Shown piece after piece: positions 50,912 to 60,730 of a DNA stretch of 64,000 nucleotides; position 1 is the stretch's first letter, and each line of letters starts with the position of its first letter. The stretch lies in assembly GCA_963781885.1 (NCBI GenBank), contig CAWAHW010000005.1, positions 64,001 through 128,000 on the forward strand. The letters are read 5' to 3'. The notes beneath the pieces are model-generated. The model ran no database searches, was not told the DNA's origin, and worked only from the letters and a program-made list of their open reading frames with translations. A program made the position numbers and the translations under genes. Source of the DNA: an uncultured Spirochaetota bacterium (GTDB lineage Bacteria; Spirochaetota; Spirochaetia; SZUA-6; Fen-1364).

Positions 50912-52196
50912 GACCGTGCGGGGCGGGCGGCCCCGTCCGTTCGGAGGGCGACGGGGAGCGGGGCGAAAGATGATCGGCGGGGCTTGATACCTGCAGCTTG
51001 TCTCTTGCCGCGATGCGGGTATAGATCATCGTGGTGGAAACGTCGGAATGGCCGAGCAGCTCCTGGATCGTGCGGATGTCATACCCCTTTTCCACAAGGT
51101 GCGCCGCGAAGCTGTGCCGCAACGTGTGGATCGTCGCGTGCTTCAAGATGCCCGCCGCGAGCAGAGCGATATGGAACGATCGCTGGAATGTTCCCGCATA
51201 GAGATGGAAGCGGACTGCCTGACCGGATCCCTGGTCGATGGAAAGCCTGTCGGAGGGAAAGACCCAGAACCATTCCCACGCGTCCCCGCCCGGTGACTCC
51301 CCGGGCGCTTCGGTCGACGCATGAGCACGGCGTATGCCTTGCGCACGATCCTTGTCATACAGGACCCGCGCGCGTCGCAAGTGGGTTTTCAGCTCCCCGA
51401 TGAGGCGTTGCGGCAGAAGCGTATCGCGCTCCCTTTTTCCTTTTCCCGGTCGGACCGTGAGACATCCCCGAACGAAGTCCAGGTCCCGCACGCGAAGCGA
51501 AAGGCACTCCTCCAGTCGAAGCCCTGCTCCGTAGATCAGTGTGGCGACGAGCCGATGGGTGTCTGTCAGGCACGCAAGGAGATGCTCCACCTCATGCGCG
51601 GATAATACTGCCGGCACGCCACGCCCCTTTGCATGGACGATTTCCAGGTCGCCGACGGGCCGGTGGAGAACCTCGCGGAAAAGGAACTGCAAGGCAATCG
51701 ATGCCTGCTGGAGGGTGGCTGCCGCAACCTTGCGGTGTGCCAGGTGCGACAGGTAGGCCTTCACGTCATCCCCCTGCAGGCTTCCCCCACCGCGATCCCG
51801 CGAGAACGAGAAAAAGCGCTCCACCCATCCACGATATGCACGCTCCGTGTGCGCCGACAGATGTTTTGCCTGGATGATCCTGACAAGGCCTTCAATCAGC
51901 TTTCCCTGCAGACCCGTGGGCGGCCGGACCGGCTGCCGGGTGTCGATCCGTGCCGAGCCGATGCTCTTGAAACGGGCATAGAGCTGGAGGGCCTTCCGCG
52001 CCCGGGCCGCGTCCATGGATCCATGCGAAGACCCGATCTCCAAGAGAAATGCATTCATGGACCCATCCGCGTTCCTCCTTCCTGCCGAGGCCGTGCGCCA
52101 GGTTGAATAGACGCGCACCCATCTTTCGATTTGTGGAATCTGCTGAAAGGGAACCAGCGAACGGCTTTTGAGGAATTCGGAAAACGATGCCGCCAT
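50874..52196 (-). CDS. intI: Integron-type tyrosine recombinase with N-terminal extension and degenerate I2 insert
   Basis: HLSAHTERAYRGW, VAAATLQQA, YGAGLR, GKGKRER, WEWFWVFP, HTLRHSFA, IQELLGHSDVSTTMIYT. Confidence 0.88.
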   Translation of the reverse strand: MAASFSEFLKSRSLVPFQQIPQIERWVRVYSTWRTASAGRRNADGSMNAFLLEIGSSHGSMDAARARKALQLYARFKSIGSARIDTRQPVRPPTGLQGKLIEGLVRIIQAKHLSAHTERAYRGWVERFFSFSRDRGGGSLQGDDVKAYLSHLAHRKVAAATLQQASIALQFLFREVLHRPVGDLEIVHAKGRGVPAVLSAHEVEHLLACLTDTHRLVATLIYGAGLRLEECLSLRVRDLDFVRGCLTVRPGKGKRERDTLLPQRLIGELKTHLRRARVLYDKDRAQGIRRAHASTEAPGESPGGDAWEWFWVFPSDRLSIDQGSGQAVRFHLYAGTFQRSFHIALLAAGILKHATIHTLRHSFAAHLVEKGYDIRTIQELLGHSDVSTTMIYTRIAARDKLQVSSPADHLSPRSPSPSERTGPPAPHGLSRAASSGLEEP

Positions 52197-52442
52197 GCCA
52201 CCCCCCGGGGCAACTCGCCGCCCAATTGTCTACACGGCAAAGGACGATCTTTTGCTTGAGAATTGCCTCCGCGATCATCAACTTGAGGTGGACCGGATAA
52301 TGCTGCCCTGCCGGGTTTCGCGCGTTTCCACGGGCTTGGCAGCTTCTATCAGAGCAACCTTCTGCCCCGCGCATCTATTTCAATTCTGCGTGAATTGGAG
52401 TAACTTATCAATGAGAAGCACACCGAATCCGAAAGGACAGGG

Positions 52443-52913
52443 ATGAAAAAGCGTTTGTTCACGGATTCCGGCGTTCCCCCGACAGAGGCCTTGCTGCGCA
52501 AACAGATGGGAAAGGCTTTCGACTACTACACGAGCATGCTCTCGATATCCGGACAGTACCGCAAGCAGTGGCAATACGGCAGCGGCAGCGGATGGCTCCT
52601 CAAGGTCGATGACATGCGCAAGGCTTTGTTCTACCTGATGCCCTTTGACCTCGGCATCGACATCAGTCTCGCCATACGCGACGCCGAGCGGGAGGAGCTC
52701 ATGCAGCACAAGCAGATCGAGCTGTTTTATCCGCAGTTGGCGTTGGCGCAAAAATACGCTGAAGGATATGCCCTCCGATTCGAAATAGAAAACGACACGA
52801 GCTGCGTGGTCGCCATGGCGCTCGTTCAGAAGCTGATCGATATTCGCGCGTCGAAGTCTGACCACGGGATCAGGCAGTCAAGACTAAAAAAAACGGCAAA
52901 GCTGCCGCGGTAG
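52443..52913 (+). CDS. DUF3788-like protein
   Basis: WQYGSGSGW..K....KALFYLMP, AQKYAEGY..RFE, LVQKLIDIR. Confidence 0.75.
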   Translation: MKKRLFTDSGVPPTEALLRKQMGKAFDYYTSMLSISGQYRKQWQYGSGSGWLLKVDDMRKALFYLMPFDLGIDISLAIRDAEREELMQHKQIELFYPQLALAQKYAEGYALRFEIENDTSCVVAMALVQKLIDIRASKSDHGIRQSRLKKTAKLPR

Positions 52914-53143
52914 AGGCCGCCGGTCCCGCCTGACAAGCCGCTCTCGTAGAAGGCGGCTCTCCAGAGTCATTTTTTCTGTCTGATTCCTGCGCGCGATGAA
53001 GAAATATCCGCGATCGGAGTGTCATCGCCTTCCTGGCTGGGTGTTGCCCATGGCGATCAATCGGTGAAGAATTGAACCGGCCGCTGGCAGTCCTGAAAAT
53101 AGGGGCTGCGAGAGATATACTAAATGGCGGAAAGGAGTGAAAC

Positions 53144-53773
53144 GTGAAATATGTCCAATTCTACAAGCGCGACTCACTACTTTGCACGTCCGGTCTACTT
53201 CTTTCCGGAAGCCCGAGAAAATCGGAAGAGTTGCTGGACCAGATAAGCTGGGGGGGAGACGGAAACGGGTTTCTGCAGCTCCGCACTAGCGACGAACGTC
53301 TCTGTGAGTCCTCCGCATGGCTCGCGTTCAATGAAACGCTCGAAAGCTCAATGTCGAGCGTGACAATCACCACGAAAAAGGTCACCGGATCGCATTATTC
53401 CGGCTACGGACCGACTTTTTGCTATCAGGACAGCAATAACTTCTATTGCTGTCTCATCTGCGCGACAGGTCAATTCAGCGTCCACAAATGCGTTGCCGGC
53501 GACTGGGCGACGATCATTCCCTGGACCGTCAAGCCGTCCCCGCACCTGAAATCGGGCAACAACGCGGTCAACACGATTGCCGTCATCTCAAAGGCCGACA
53601 ATCATTTCCAGGTCTTCTTCAACGGCACCCGGGAAGCCACGTTCGAGGACCGGGCGCTCGCGGGCGGGAAATGTGGCTTCTTCGCCTCGATCGGCCACAA
53701 ATCGAAGCAAAGCTTCCCGGAGATTCCGGAAGATATCCGCTTCCGCCTGGAAAAGCCGGTGAAGGTGCCGTAG
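53144..53773 (+). CDS. Hypothetical protein, beta-sandwich (DUF1080/ConA-like)
   Basis: SD AAGGAG, upstream CTGAAA-N17-TATACT; GYGPTFC...NFY...GQFSV...NTIAV...FNG...GKCGF pattern. Confidence 0.7.
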   Translation: MKYVQFYKRDSLLCTSGLLLSGSPRKSEELLDQISWGGDGNGFLQLRTSDERLCESSAWLAFNETLESSMSSVTITTKKVTGSHYSGYGPTFCYQDSNNFYCCLICATGQFSVHKCVAGDWATIIPWTVKPSPHLKSGNNAVNTIAVISKADNHFQVFFNGTREATFEDRALAGGKCGFFASIGHKSKQSFPEIPEDIRFRLEKPVKVP

Positions 53774-53853
53774 GGAGGCATGGAGCAGCGACAGCATTGC
53801 CGACCGTGCCCAAAGCGTGAATGATGTGTATGGTTGCCGCAGGCACTGGAGCA

Positions 53854-54696
53854 ATGAAGATGTATTGCCCGAGCGGATTTGATTGCAGAAGGTCTCTTCA
53901 ACTCGCCGAATTGACCTGTAGCGCGTACGGGCAACTGAACGCGTTTCAAAAGGATCTCCCGTGGCGGCCTCCCCCGGGCTATGCGCTCGTTGCGGATCTA
54001 CGCTACGTGGAAGCCAAGGGCGGAATCAAAAAGCGGATCGTGACGCATCTCAGTCATGAGCTTGGCGGCTTGTCAGCAAATCAGAAGGGCAGGGGCCTGC
54101 CGATAGGTTTCATCGCGGAGAAGGGCGCGGACGTGTACCTTGTCTTCCGCGGCACCATGACGCCGACCGAATGGCTGCGGGATTTCAATGTCCATCTCAC
54201 CCCATACCCTTACCGGAGCTTCGGCAAGGTTCACGATGGATTTCTTCAGGTCTACGACATTTTCCATGCGGCCATTTGCGACGCTCTCTCGGGCATACGC
54301 GCGCGGGGCAGGCTGTTCATTGCCGGGCACAGTCTGGGAGCTGCCCTTTCGATACTTGCAGCTCCTGACATTGCAGCCCACACCCCTTTCTCCACCCCTG
54401 AAATCCACACGTTCGCCTCGCCACGCGTAGGCGACAGGGATTTTGTCGACGCGTACAACAAGGCATTCACGGGAAGATCGTTTCGAATTGCCAATACATC
54501 GGATATCGTCCCGTCGATGCCTTTTCCGGTGCCCTTCCTCGGCTTTATCGGCGGCTACTTCACGCATGTCGATGTGCCCGTGGAGTTCACGACCCAGCTG
54601 GAGGACGTGGAAAAAAACCACGGCATCGCAACCTACGTGAACGCCCTGAAAGAGGGAGCCGGGCGCGGGAGTTTCTTGCGGTACTTCAGGAGATGA
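53854..54696 (+). CDS. Lipase class 3 family protein
   Basis: VFRGT, VHDGF, GHSLGAA nucleophile elbow, FASPRVG, DIVP, NH. Confidence 0.92.
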   Translation: MKMYCPSGFDCRRSLQLAELTCSAYGQLNAFQKDLPWRPPPGYALVADLRYVEAKGGIKKRIVTHLSHELGGLSANQKGRGLPIGFIAEKGADVYLVFRGTMTPTEWLRDFNVHLTPYPYRSFGKVHDGFLQVYDIFHAAICDALSGIRARGRLFIAGHSLGAALSILAAPDIAAHTPFSTPEIHTFASPRVGDRDFVDAYNKAFTGRSFRIANTSDIVPSMPFPVPFLGFIGGYFTHVDVPVEFTTQLEDVEKNHGIATYVNALKEGAGRGSFLRYFRR

Positions 54697-54754
54697 GACA
54701 AACGAGGTCGAGAGCGCTTTGGAGAAAAACGCGTAGGGAAAAGGGGGTCCATGA

Positions 54755-55054
54755 GTGAAAGGAATTCGATTCCTGCTGGTGCTTCTTGTCGTCGCCGTCG
54801 CTGTCATCGGCTGCGCTCCGGGGCCGAACGGCTTTGCAGGCACGCCGAGCCAGAACGGTTTTGTGCCCGGCTTCTGGCAGGGGCTGTGGAACGGGGTGAT
54901 CGCGCCTGTCACCTTCATCATTTCTCTCTTCAACAAAGGCGTCCAGATGTACGAGGTGCACAACAACGGCGGGTGGTATAATCTCGGCTTTCTCCTCGGC
55001 ATCACGGCACTCTGGGGCGGAGGCGGGGCTGCGGCGAGACGATCCAGGGGCTGA
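54755..55054 (+). CDS. Small conserved lipoprotein/membrane protein
   Basis: Lipobox VIGC-APGPN; GFWQGLWNG...YEVHNNGGWYNLGF. Confidence 0.85.
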   Translation: MKGIRFLLVLLVVAVAVIGCAPGPNGFAGTPSQNGFVPGFWQGLWNGVIAPVTFIISLFNKGVQMYEVHNNGGWYNLGFLLGITALWGGGGAAARRSRG

Positions 55055-55155
55055 AGCCTCATCGACGGGGCCCGGCAACGACATTGACAAGATCGCCGCC
55101 GGGCCCAAGGATGGAGGCATAGCGGTGTCCTGATGGTCCTTGCGGAGGGAACATT

Positions 55156-55775
55156 ATGAAACCTGCAATAAAGATTGTTCTGGCTCTCTTCGTCTTTGCG
55201 CTCGTCCCCGCTGCCCTGTTCGCAAATGGAGGCGGCGGAGTGGAGTACATCACCAATGCGGGCTCCGATGTCCTCGGCACAACGCTTTTTCGCGGAAGCA
55301 TTATCGACATGCCGACAAGCTCGGTGACGGCTCTTTCCGCCTTCGGTTTCGGGCTCACGCGCGGGGGCTGGAAGATCGGCGGTTTTGGCACGGGCTTCTT
55401 CACCCAGGACTTTGCGCTGCCAATCCCGGAAGCGGGGATGATCGTCAACCGCGCGGCAAGCGGCTTCGGCGGCATCATTTCCGGCGGCATGGGAAGGTTC
55501 GGGCCCTTTGCGTTTTGCGATCAATACGAGGCTGGGGGCCGGCGGGACTTGCCGTCATGGGAAGCTGGACAAACGGGGCGCAAGTCTCGCCGATGGTGAC
55601 CGGCACCTTCGCGCTTTTCGGCTCGGTGGACGCGGAGCTGGGCTTCATTGTCGTTCCGGCGATGCTCGTCTCCGTCTATGCCGGCATCGATGCAGTGGCG
55701 CCCATCTCTCCGTTTTTCGTGGCCCTGCTCGCCGTTCCGACCTTCGGCGCGCGCATCACGTGGGGAAGATTCTGA
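55156..55775 (+). CDS. Putative outer-membrane beta-barrel protein (apparent frameshift near 55516)
   Basis: Signal peptide, Gly-rich alternating strands, ends GARITWGRF. Confidence 0.65.
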
Positions 55776-55883
55776 CGGCGAACCGCGCCCTCGGCAAATG
55801 CATGCCACTCCCTGATCTCCGCCGGCCCAAACCTTGCCCGCTGCAGAATCTCAGAGAAAATGCCGTCTCATGTCATTGATTTG

Positions 55884-55957
55884 TGGGCAATGCGCGATTC
55901 GAACGCGCGGCCTATGGCTCCGGAGGCCATCGCTCTATCCAACTGAGCTAATTGCCC
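55884..55957 (-). tRNA. tRNA-Arg(CCG)
   Basis: GGGCAAT/ATTGCCC acceptor stem, TAGCTCAGTTGGATAGAGC D arm, ATGGC-CTCCGGA-GCCAT anticodon arm, GCGCG-TTCGAAT-CGCGC T arm; CCA not encoded. Confidence 0.97.
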
Positions 55958-56020
55958 AAATGCGAGGAACATGCAATCCTCGTTCCCGCAACAGTCCAAC
56001 GATAATGGGAAGGCAGGCAT

Positions 56021-57575
56021 TTGTCAACCAAACCGTTCGAACGCGTGGTGTGGATCGTCCTGGACGGCATGGGATTCGAGCATGCACGCCTCTGTATCGA
56101 GTCCGGAGCCTGCCCCGGCATTGCACGGATGCAAAGAGAAGGCTACCTGGGAGCCGCGGTCCCGTCCACTCCTGCCTGCCAGAACGCCGTCGGCGCTGAC
56201 GGCGCTTTTTTCCGGGGCTGAGCCGGAACAAAGCGGCATCTGGGGATACCGCGTGCCCGATGGGAAGACCCTGGACGGCGTCGCAAGCGGCTTCAGCGTC
56301 GCGCCGCGGAATGCGACCACGCTGTGGGGGGAATTGGGCCGGCGGAACACGCGATTCTCGATCATGAATGTCGCTTTTCGAAAAGACCCGGTGTGGGCGG
56401 GCAACGGGGCGGGGCTTGACTTTGCTTATGATGGTTACCGGCTTGCGCGCGGGTCAAAGTTCATTCCGCTCTCCGGCCACGATGAAGAGCTTACAGTCCA
56501 GGGCATCAGGCTGCGATTTCGCGCGCTGAAAGACGGCGTCGAGATTCGAAAAAGCACCGGCAAAAGCTTTCATCTGAGCGTGGGCGAGGGGAAGATCGTC
56601 AACCCCACGCGGGGAAGCGCTTTTTATGCGTATCTCCCTGAGCGCTCCCTGCTGGGTGTGACGCCGTTATTCTCCCCCTTGGTGCGCGGCAGCGCCGTTC
56701 CCGCGGGAGCTGCCGCACCGACGTGGGAGCTCAATGCATTTTTCCGGGTGCGCCGGTTGAACAAGGAGCGCACGGAAGAGGCGGCGATTCCCGTCGAGGT
56801 CGAGACGGCACCGTCGGCGGCCAACTTCGCGCTGAAGGGGGAGCTGCTGCTGCATGCCGTCAAGGATTGCCCGTCGCGGCTGGTGGTCGGCTATTTTCCC
56901 GTGATCGACGAGCTCAACCACGCATATGCCGATCTTCTCCAGACCGAATGGCCCTTGGGTCGCACGTCGCGCCTTTTTCTTTCCTGCGCGGGCCTAGTGG
57001 ATCGCCTTCTCTCTCGCGTGATGGAGACAGTGGGACCGGAGACGCTCCTTGTCGTTTCGTCCGACCACGGCGCAGTCCCGTTTCACGGCATGCTGCATCT
57101 GAACGAAGTCTTTGCGCGGGAGGGCTTGGTGAAAAGGGCAGGGCGGGGGTACGCGCTCCGTCAGTCGGAGCTTTTCTACCATCCGTCGGAGAGCGGTCTC
57201 GTGGTCATGGGCCGCCACATGGATCGTACGGCCGCGTTGCGCCGTCTTCAAAAGGCACTGGCGCGGGCCGAGGCGGAGAACGGCGTGCGTATCGGCGCGA
57301 TCGAGGCGAAGCCCGACGACCCATTTCTCGCATTCCTCTTCCCGCAGGGGGAGGCATCGTTCGACGCCTCCCCGCCGCGCCGCGGGGGAAATGCATTCGA
57401 CAGTGGGAAGTCCGGCGGCCACCACATGTCGCCGCTGTGTCCGACGCCGTGGATACAGGCGATGCTCGGCCTGTGGTCGGCCCGGTCGACGAGGCTCGCG
57501 GGTGAGCTCGACGGGATACCGACGCGCAACAGGGAGCTGAAGGACTTTCTCCTGAACATGATGGGTGAGGGGTGA
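56021..57575 (+). CDS. Alkaline phosphatase superfamily (type I phosphodiesterase-like) protein (apparent frameshift near 56183)
   Basis: VVWIVLDGM, QTPSALTALFSG..P..SGI, IDELNH, VVSSDHG, SGGH. Confidence 0.85.
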
Positions 57576-58159
57576 AGATGGAGACGATTATTCTGGCGTC
57601 CGGCTCGCCGCGCCGCAGGGAGATGCTCAACAAGGTGAAGCTTCCCGTGAAGGTGATTCCCCCCGAAGTGAACGAGGACTACGGGACCGGCGCCCCGGCG
57701 ACGGAGCTTGTGGCAAAGATCGCCCGCAGCAAGGTGGAAGCGATCATGGGCCTCTTCAAGACAGAGTCGCCGCGGTGGGTGCTGGGCCTCGACACCGTGG
57801 TCGTCGTGGACGGCGCGATACTAGGAAAGCCCACGGGGCCCGAAGAGGCTGAAAAGATGCTGCGCATGCTTTCCGGCAAGGTGCACAACGTCTACTCCGG
57901 CATCGCCCTGCTCGTCGAACGCGGAAAGCCGATCGAGGAGGAAGTGGTGTGCACGGAGGTGAAATTCCGCGCCATGGCGCCTGACGAGCTTCGCTTTTAC
58001 GTCGACACGGGAGAGTGGGCGGGTGCCGCGGGCGGATACAGGATCCAGGAGAGGGGCGCTTTCTTCGTGGAGTGGATCCGGGGCTCCTACAGCAACGTCG
58101 TAGGCTTGCCACTTGAGGCGTTTTATGGCATCTTGGTCAGGAACGAATACCATTTTTGA
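57572..58159 (+). CDS. maf: Maf-family nucleoside triphosphate pyrophosphatase
   Basis: ILASGSPRRREML, DTVV, LGKP, LSGKVH, AGGY.IQ, SNVVGLP. Confidence 0.94.
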   Translation: MKMETIILASGSPRRREMLNKVKLPVKVIPPEVNEDYGTGAPATELVAKIARSKVEAIMGLFKTESPRWVLGLDTVVVVDGAILGKPTGPEEAEKMLRMLSGKVHNVYSGIALLVERGKPIEEEVVCTEVKFRAMAPDELRFYVDTGEWAGAAGGYRIQERGAFFVEWIRGSYSNVVGLPLEAFYGILVRNEYHF

Positions 58160-58228
58160 CCCTTTCTATCTCGCCCGTCCGTACCGGAGGGGCGTAAAAG
58201 CCAACGAGAGAGGGGAAGGAGGACCATT
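58160..58228 (+). promoter_or_regulatory. Structured rpsB leader (candidate S2 autoregulatory element)
   Basis: CCCTTTC..TCTCG pairs with CGAGAGAGGGG around inner stem CGCCC..GGGCG, directly before SD AAGGAGG and a TTG start. Confidence 0.5.
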
Positions 58229-59198
58229 TTGGCTGTCGTCACGATGAAAAACCTGCTTGAGTCGGGGGTCCATTTCGGACACCAGACCAAGAGGTGGGAC
58301 CCGCGGATGAAGAAGTACATCTTCGCCGAGCGGAATGGCATCCATATCATCGATCTGCAGAAGACAATCGTCGCCATCAAGGACGCCTATGAGGCGGTCC
58401 GCAAGACCGTGCTGGCCGGAAAGTCCGTTCTTTTCGTCGGCACGAAGAAGCAGGCGCAGCAGACGGTGGAGCGCGAGGCGAAACGCTGCAACATGTTCTT
58501 CGTGAACAACCGCTGGCTGGGCGGCATGCTCACCAATTTCGCCACGATCAAGAAATCACTCCTCCGCCTGAAGAAGCTGGAGAAGATGGAGATCGACGGC
58601 ACCTTTGAGAACCTCACGAAAAAGGAAATCGCGCGCCTGATGAAGGAAAGGAGCCAGCTGGAGAAGAACCTCGGCGGCATCAAGGAAATGAAGGAGCTGC
58701 CGGGCATCGTCTTCGTGATCGACACGCGCAAGGAGTCGATCGCCGTCACCGAAGCGCGCAAGGTGAATGTGCCCGATCGTTGCGGTGGTGGACACCAACT
58801 GCAACCCGGAAGGCATCACGTTCCCGATTCCCGGGAATGACGACGCAATCCGCGCCATCAATCTCTTCACGCAGATCATCGCCAACGCGGTGATCGAGGC
58901 GGAGAACGAGGTCGGCCTCGAGGTCGTCGAGACGCTCCAGGAATCGCAGGGCGAGGAAGTGTTCGCGGAGGCCATCGACAAGGGCGAGTTCGCCGCGCAG
59001 TCCAAGTACGACCAGGAAGAGGTGGAGAAGGTCCCCGTTGCCGCCGTCCTGGGCGCTCCCGCGGTCGCGGAAGAGGCGGGCACGGGCTTCACCGACAAGG
59101 ACTACTCCAACTACAATCCCGACGAGGTCGGCAAAAAGGAAGATTCTCCCACCCCCGAAGAGCCCGAGATCGACGAAGACAAGCTGTACAAGGAATAG
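58229..59198 (+). CDS. rpsB: 30S ribosomal protein S2 with acidic C-terminal extension (apparent frameshift near 58773)
   Basis: [29 protein letters not shown]; DTNCNP...[11 protein letters not shown] in the shifted frame. Confidence 0.97.
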
Positions 59199-59206
59199 GG
59201 GGAAAC

Positions 59207-60043
59207 ATGGAGATCAAGGCAACCGAGGTCAAACGGCTCCGGGAAAAGACCGGAGCGGGCATGATGGACTGCAAGAACGCTCTGACCAAGTCGGAGGGCG
59301 ATTTCGACAAGGCGGAGAGGCTGCTGAAAGAGCAGGGCCTTGCCGCGGCGGTGAAGAAGAGCGACCGGGTGACGAACAGCGGCAAGATCTTCTCCCGCAT
59401 CGTGCCGTCGAAGGGCATCCTGCTGGAGCTCACCTGTGAGACGGATTTCGTCGCGCGCAACAGCCTCTTCCACGAGCTCGGCGAGGCGCTCCTCACGAAG
59501 GTGATTGCGCAGAATCTCACCGCCCCGACGGAAGAGCTCGAGCTCATGGTGAAAGAGACCATCGGCAAGATCAAGGAGAACATGCAGCTGCGCCACATCG
59601 CCACCATGCCGGTGGTGGCGAACGAGATGCTCGTGGAATACGTCCACGACAACCGCATCGGCGTCATGCTCCGATTCACCCTTGGCGATGCAAAGCTCAA
59701 GGACAACGCGCGGGTGAAGGAGATCACCTTCGACTGCGCGCTCCATGCGGCGGCATTCGCGCCCCTGTTCCTGTCCAAGGACAAGGTGGGCGCTGCCTTC
59801 CTCAAGGAGCAGGAGGAGATATTCGCAAAGCAGGCGGAGAACCTGGGCAAGCCGGCGAATGTCCTCCAGGGCATCATCAAGGGCAAGCTCAACAAGATGC
59901 TGTCCGAGATCTGTCTCCTGGAGCAGCCCTTCGTGAAGGACGACAAGCGGAAGGTGTCCGCGGTGCTGGAGGAGCTTTCCAAGGAGGTCGGTTCCAAGGT
60001 GGCGCTCGTCGACTACGCCTACATGAAGCTGGGCGGTGAATGA
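59207..60043 (+). CDS. tsf: Elongation factor Ts
   Basis: VKRLREKTGAGMMDCK, ELTCETDFVA, LLEQPFVKD. Confidence 0.97.
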   Translation: MEIKATEVKRLREKTGAGMMDCKNALTKSEGDFDKAERLLKEQGLAAAVKKSDRVTNSGKIFSRIVPSKGILLELTCETDFVARNSLFHELGEALLTKVIAQNLTAPTEELELMVKETIGKIKENMQLRHIATMPVVANEMLVEYVHDNRIGVMLRFTLGDAKLKDNARVKEITFDCALHAAAFAPLFLSKDKVGAAFLKEQEEIFAKQAENLGKPANVLQGIIKGKLNKMLSEICLLEQPFVKDDKRKVSAVLEELSKEVGSKVALVDYAYMKLGGE

Positions 60044-60051
60044 CGACGGCT

Positions 60052-60135
60052 TCGACGGGAGCGGCGCGCTCCCGTCGATCGACTCGCGCATCGCTGTCGG
60101 CCCCGGGGGCACGCACCCATGCAGGGGCCGGCGGC
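60052..60135. other. Two GC-rich stem-loops in the tsf-frr spacer
   Basis: TCGACGGGAGC/GCTCCCGTCGA (60052-60078) and GCTGTCGGCCCC/GGGGCCGGCGGC. Confidence 0.7.
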
Positions 60136-60169
60136 GGATTGCCGTTTCCATCCTGAAGGAGGCGCTTGC

Positions 60170-60730
60170 ATGACGCGGGACAAGATCAGGAGCCAGGCGG
60201 AGGAGCGGATGAAGAAGAGCATCCAGAGCCTCCAGGACGAGTTCAAGACGCTGCGGGGAAGCCGTGCCTCGCAGTCCCTGTTCGAAAAGATCAGGGTCGA
60301 CTACTACGGAAACAAGGTTCCCCTCAACCAGGTCGCCACGCTATCCATCCCGGAGGCGCGGCTGGTGATCATCCAGCCATGGGATCGCTCCGTGCTGGCG
60401 GACATCGAAAAAGCCATCCAGAAGTCGGAGCTCTCCGTCAATCCGAACAACGACGGCAAGGTCATCCGCATCAACATCCCGCCCCTCACGGAGGAGCGCC
60501 GCAAGGAGCTCGTCAAGCTCACGAAGAACACGGCGGAGCAGTCGCGTGTGTCCGTGCGCAACGTGCGGCGGGACGCGAATGAGGAGATCAAGAAGGCAAA
60601 GTCCGACTCGGAGCTGTCGGAGGACGAGGCGAAGAAGGCCACCGACGAGATCCAGAAGCTCACCGACAAGTACATCGAAGAAATCAACACGATGCTCGAT
60701 GCGAAGGAAAAGGAAATTCTCGAGGTGTGA
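60170..60730 (+). CDS. frr: Ribosome recycling factor
   Basis: VDYYG, IQPWD, NPNNDG, PPLTEERRKELVK, RNVRRD; SD AAGGAGG. Confidence 0.97.
   Translation: MTRDKIRSQAEERMKKSIQSLQDEFKTLRGSRASQSLFEKIRVDYYGNKVPLNQVATLSIPEARLVIIQPWDRSVLADIEKAIQKSELSVNPNNDGKVIRINIPPLTEERRKELVKLTKNTAEQSRVSVRNVRRDANEEIKKAKSDSELSEDEAKKATDEIQKLTDKYIEEINTMLDAKEKEILEV

Larger units (their letters stand above)
50874..55880. mobile_element. Integron-like islet: integrase, divergent co-oriented cargo genes, bounded by the tRNA-Arg 3' end
   Basis: Visibly more AT-rich from about 51000 to 54700; five unrelated co-oriented ORFs; no intact attC or att duplication seen. Confidence 0.5.
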
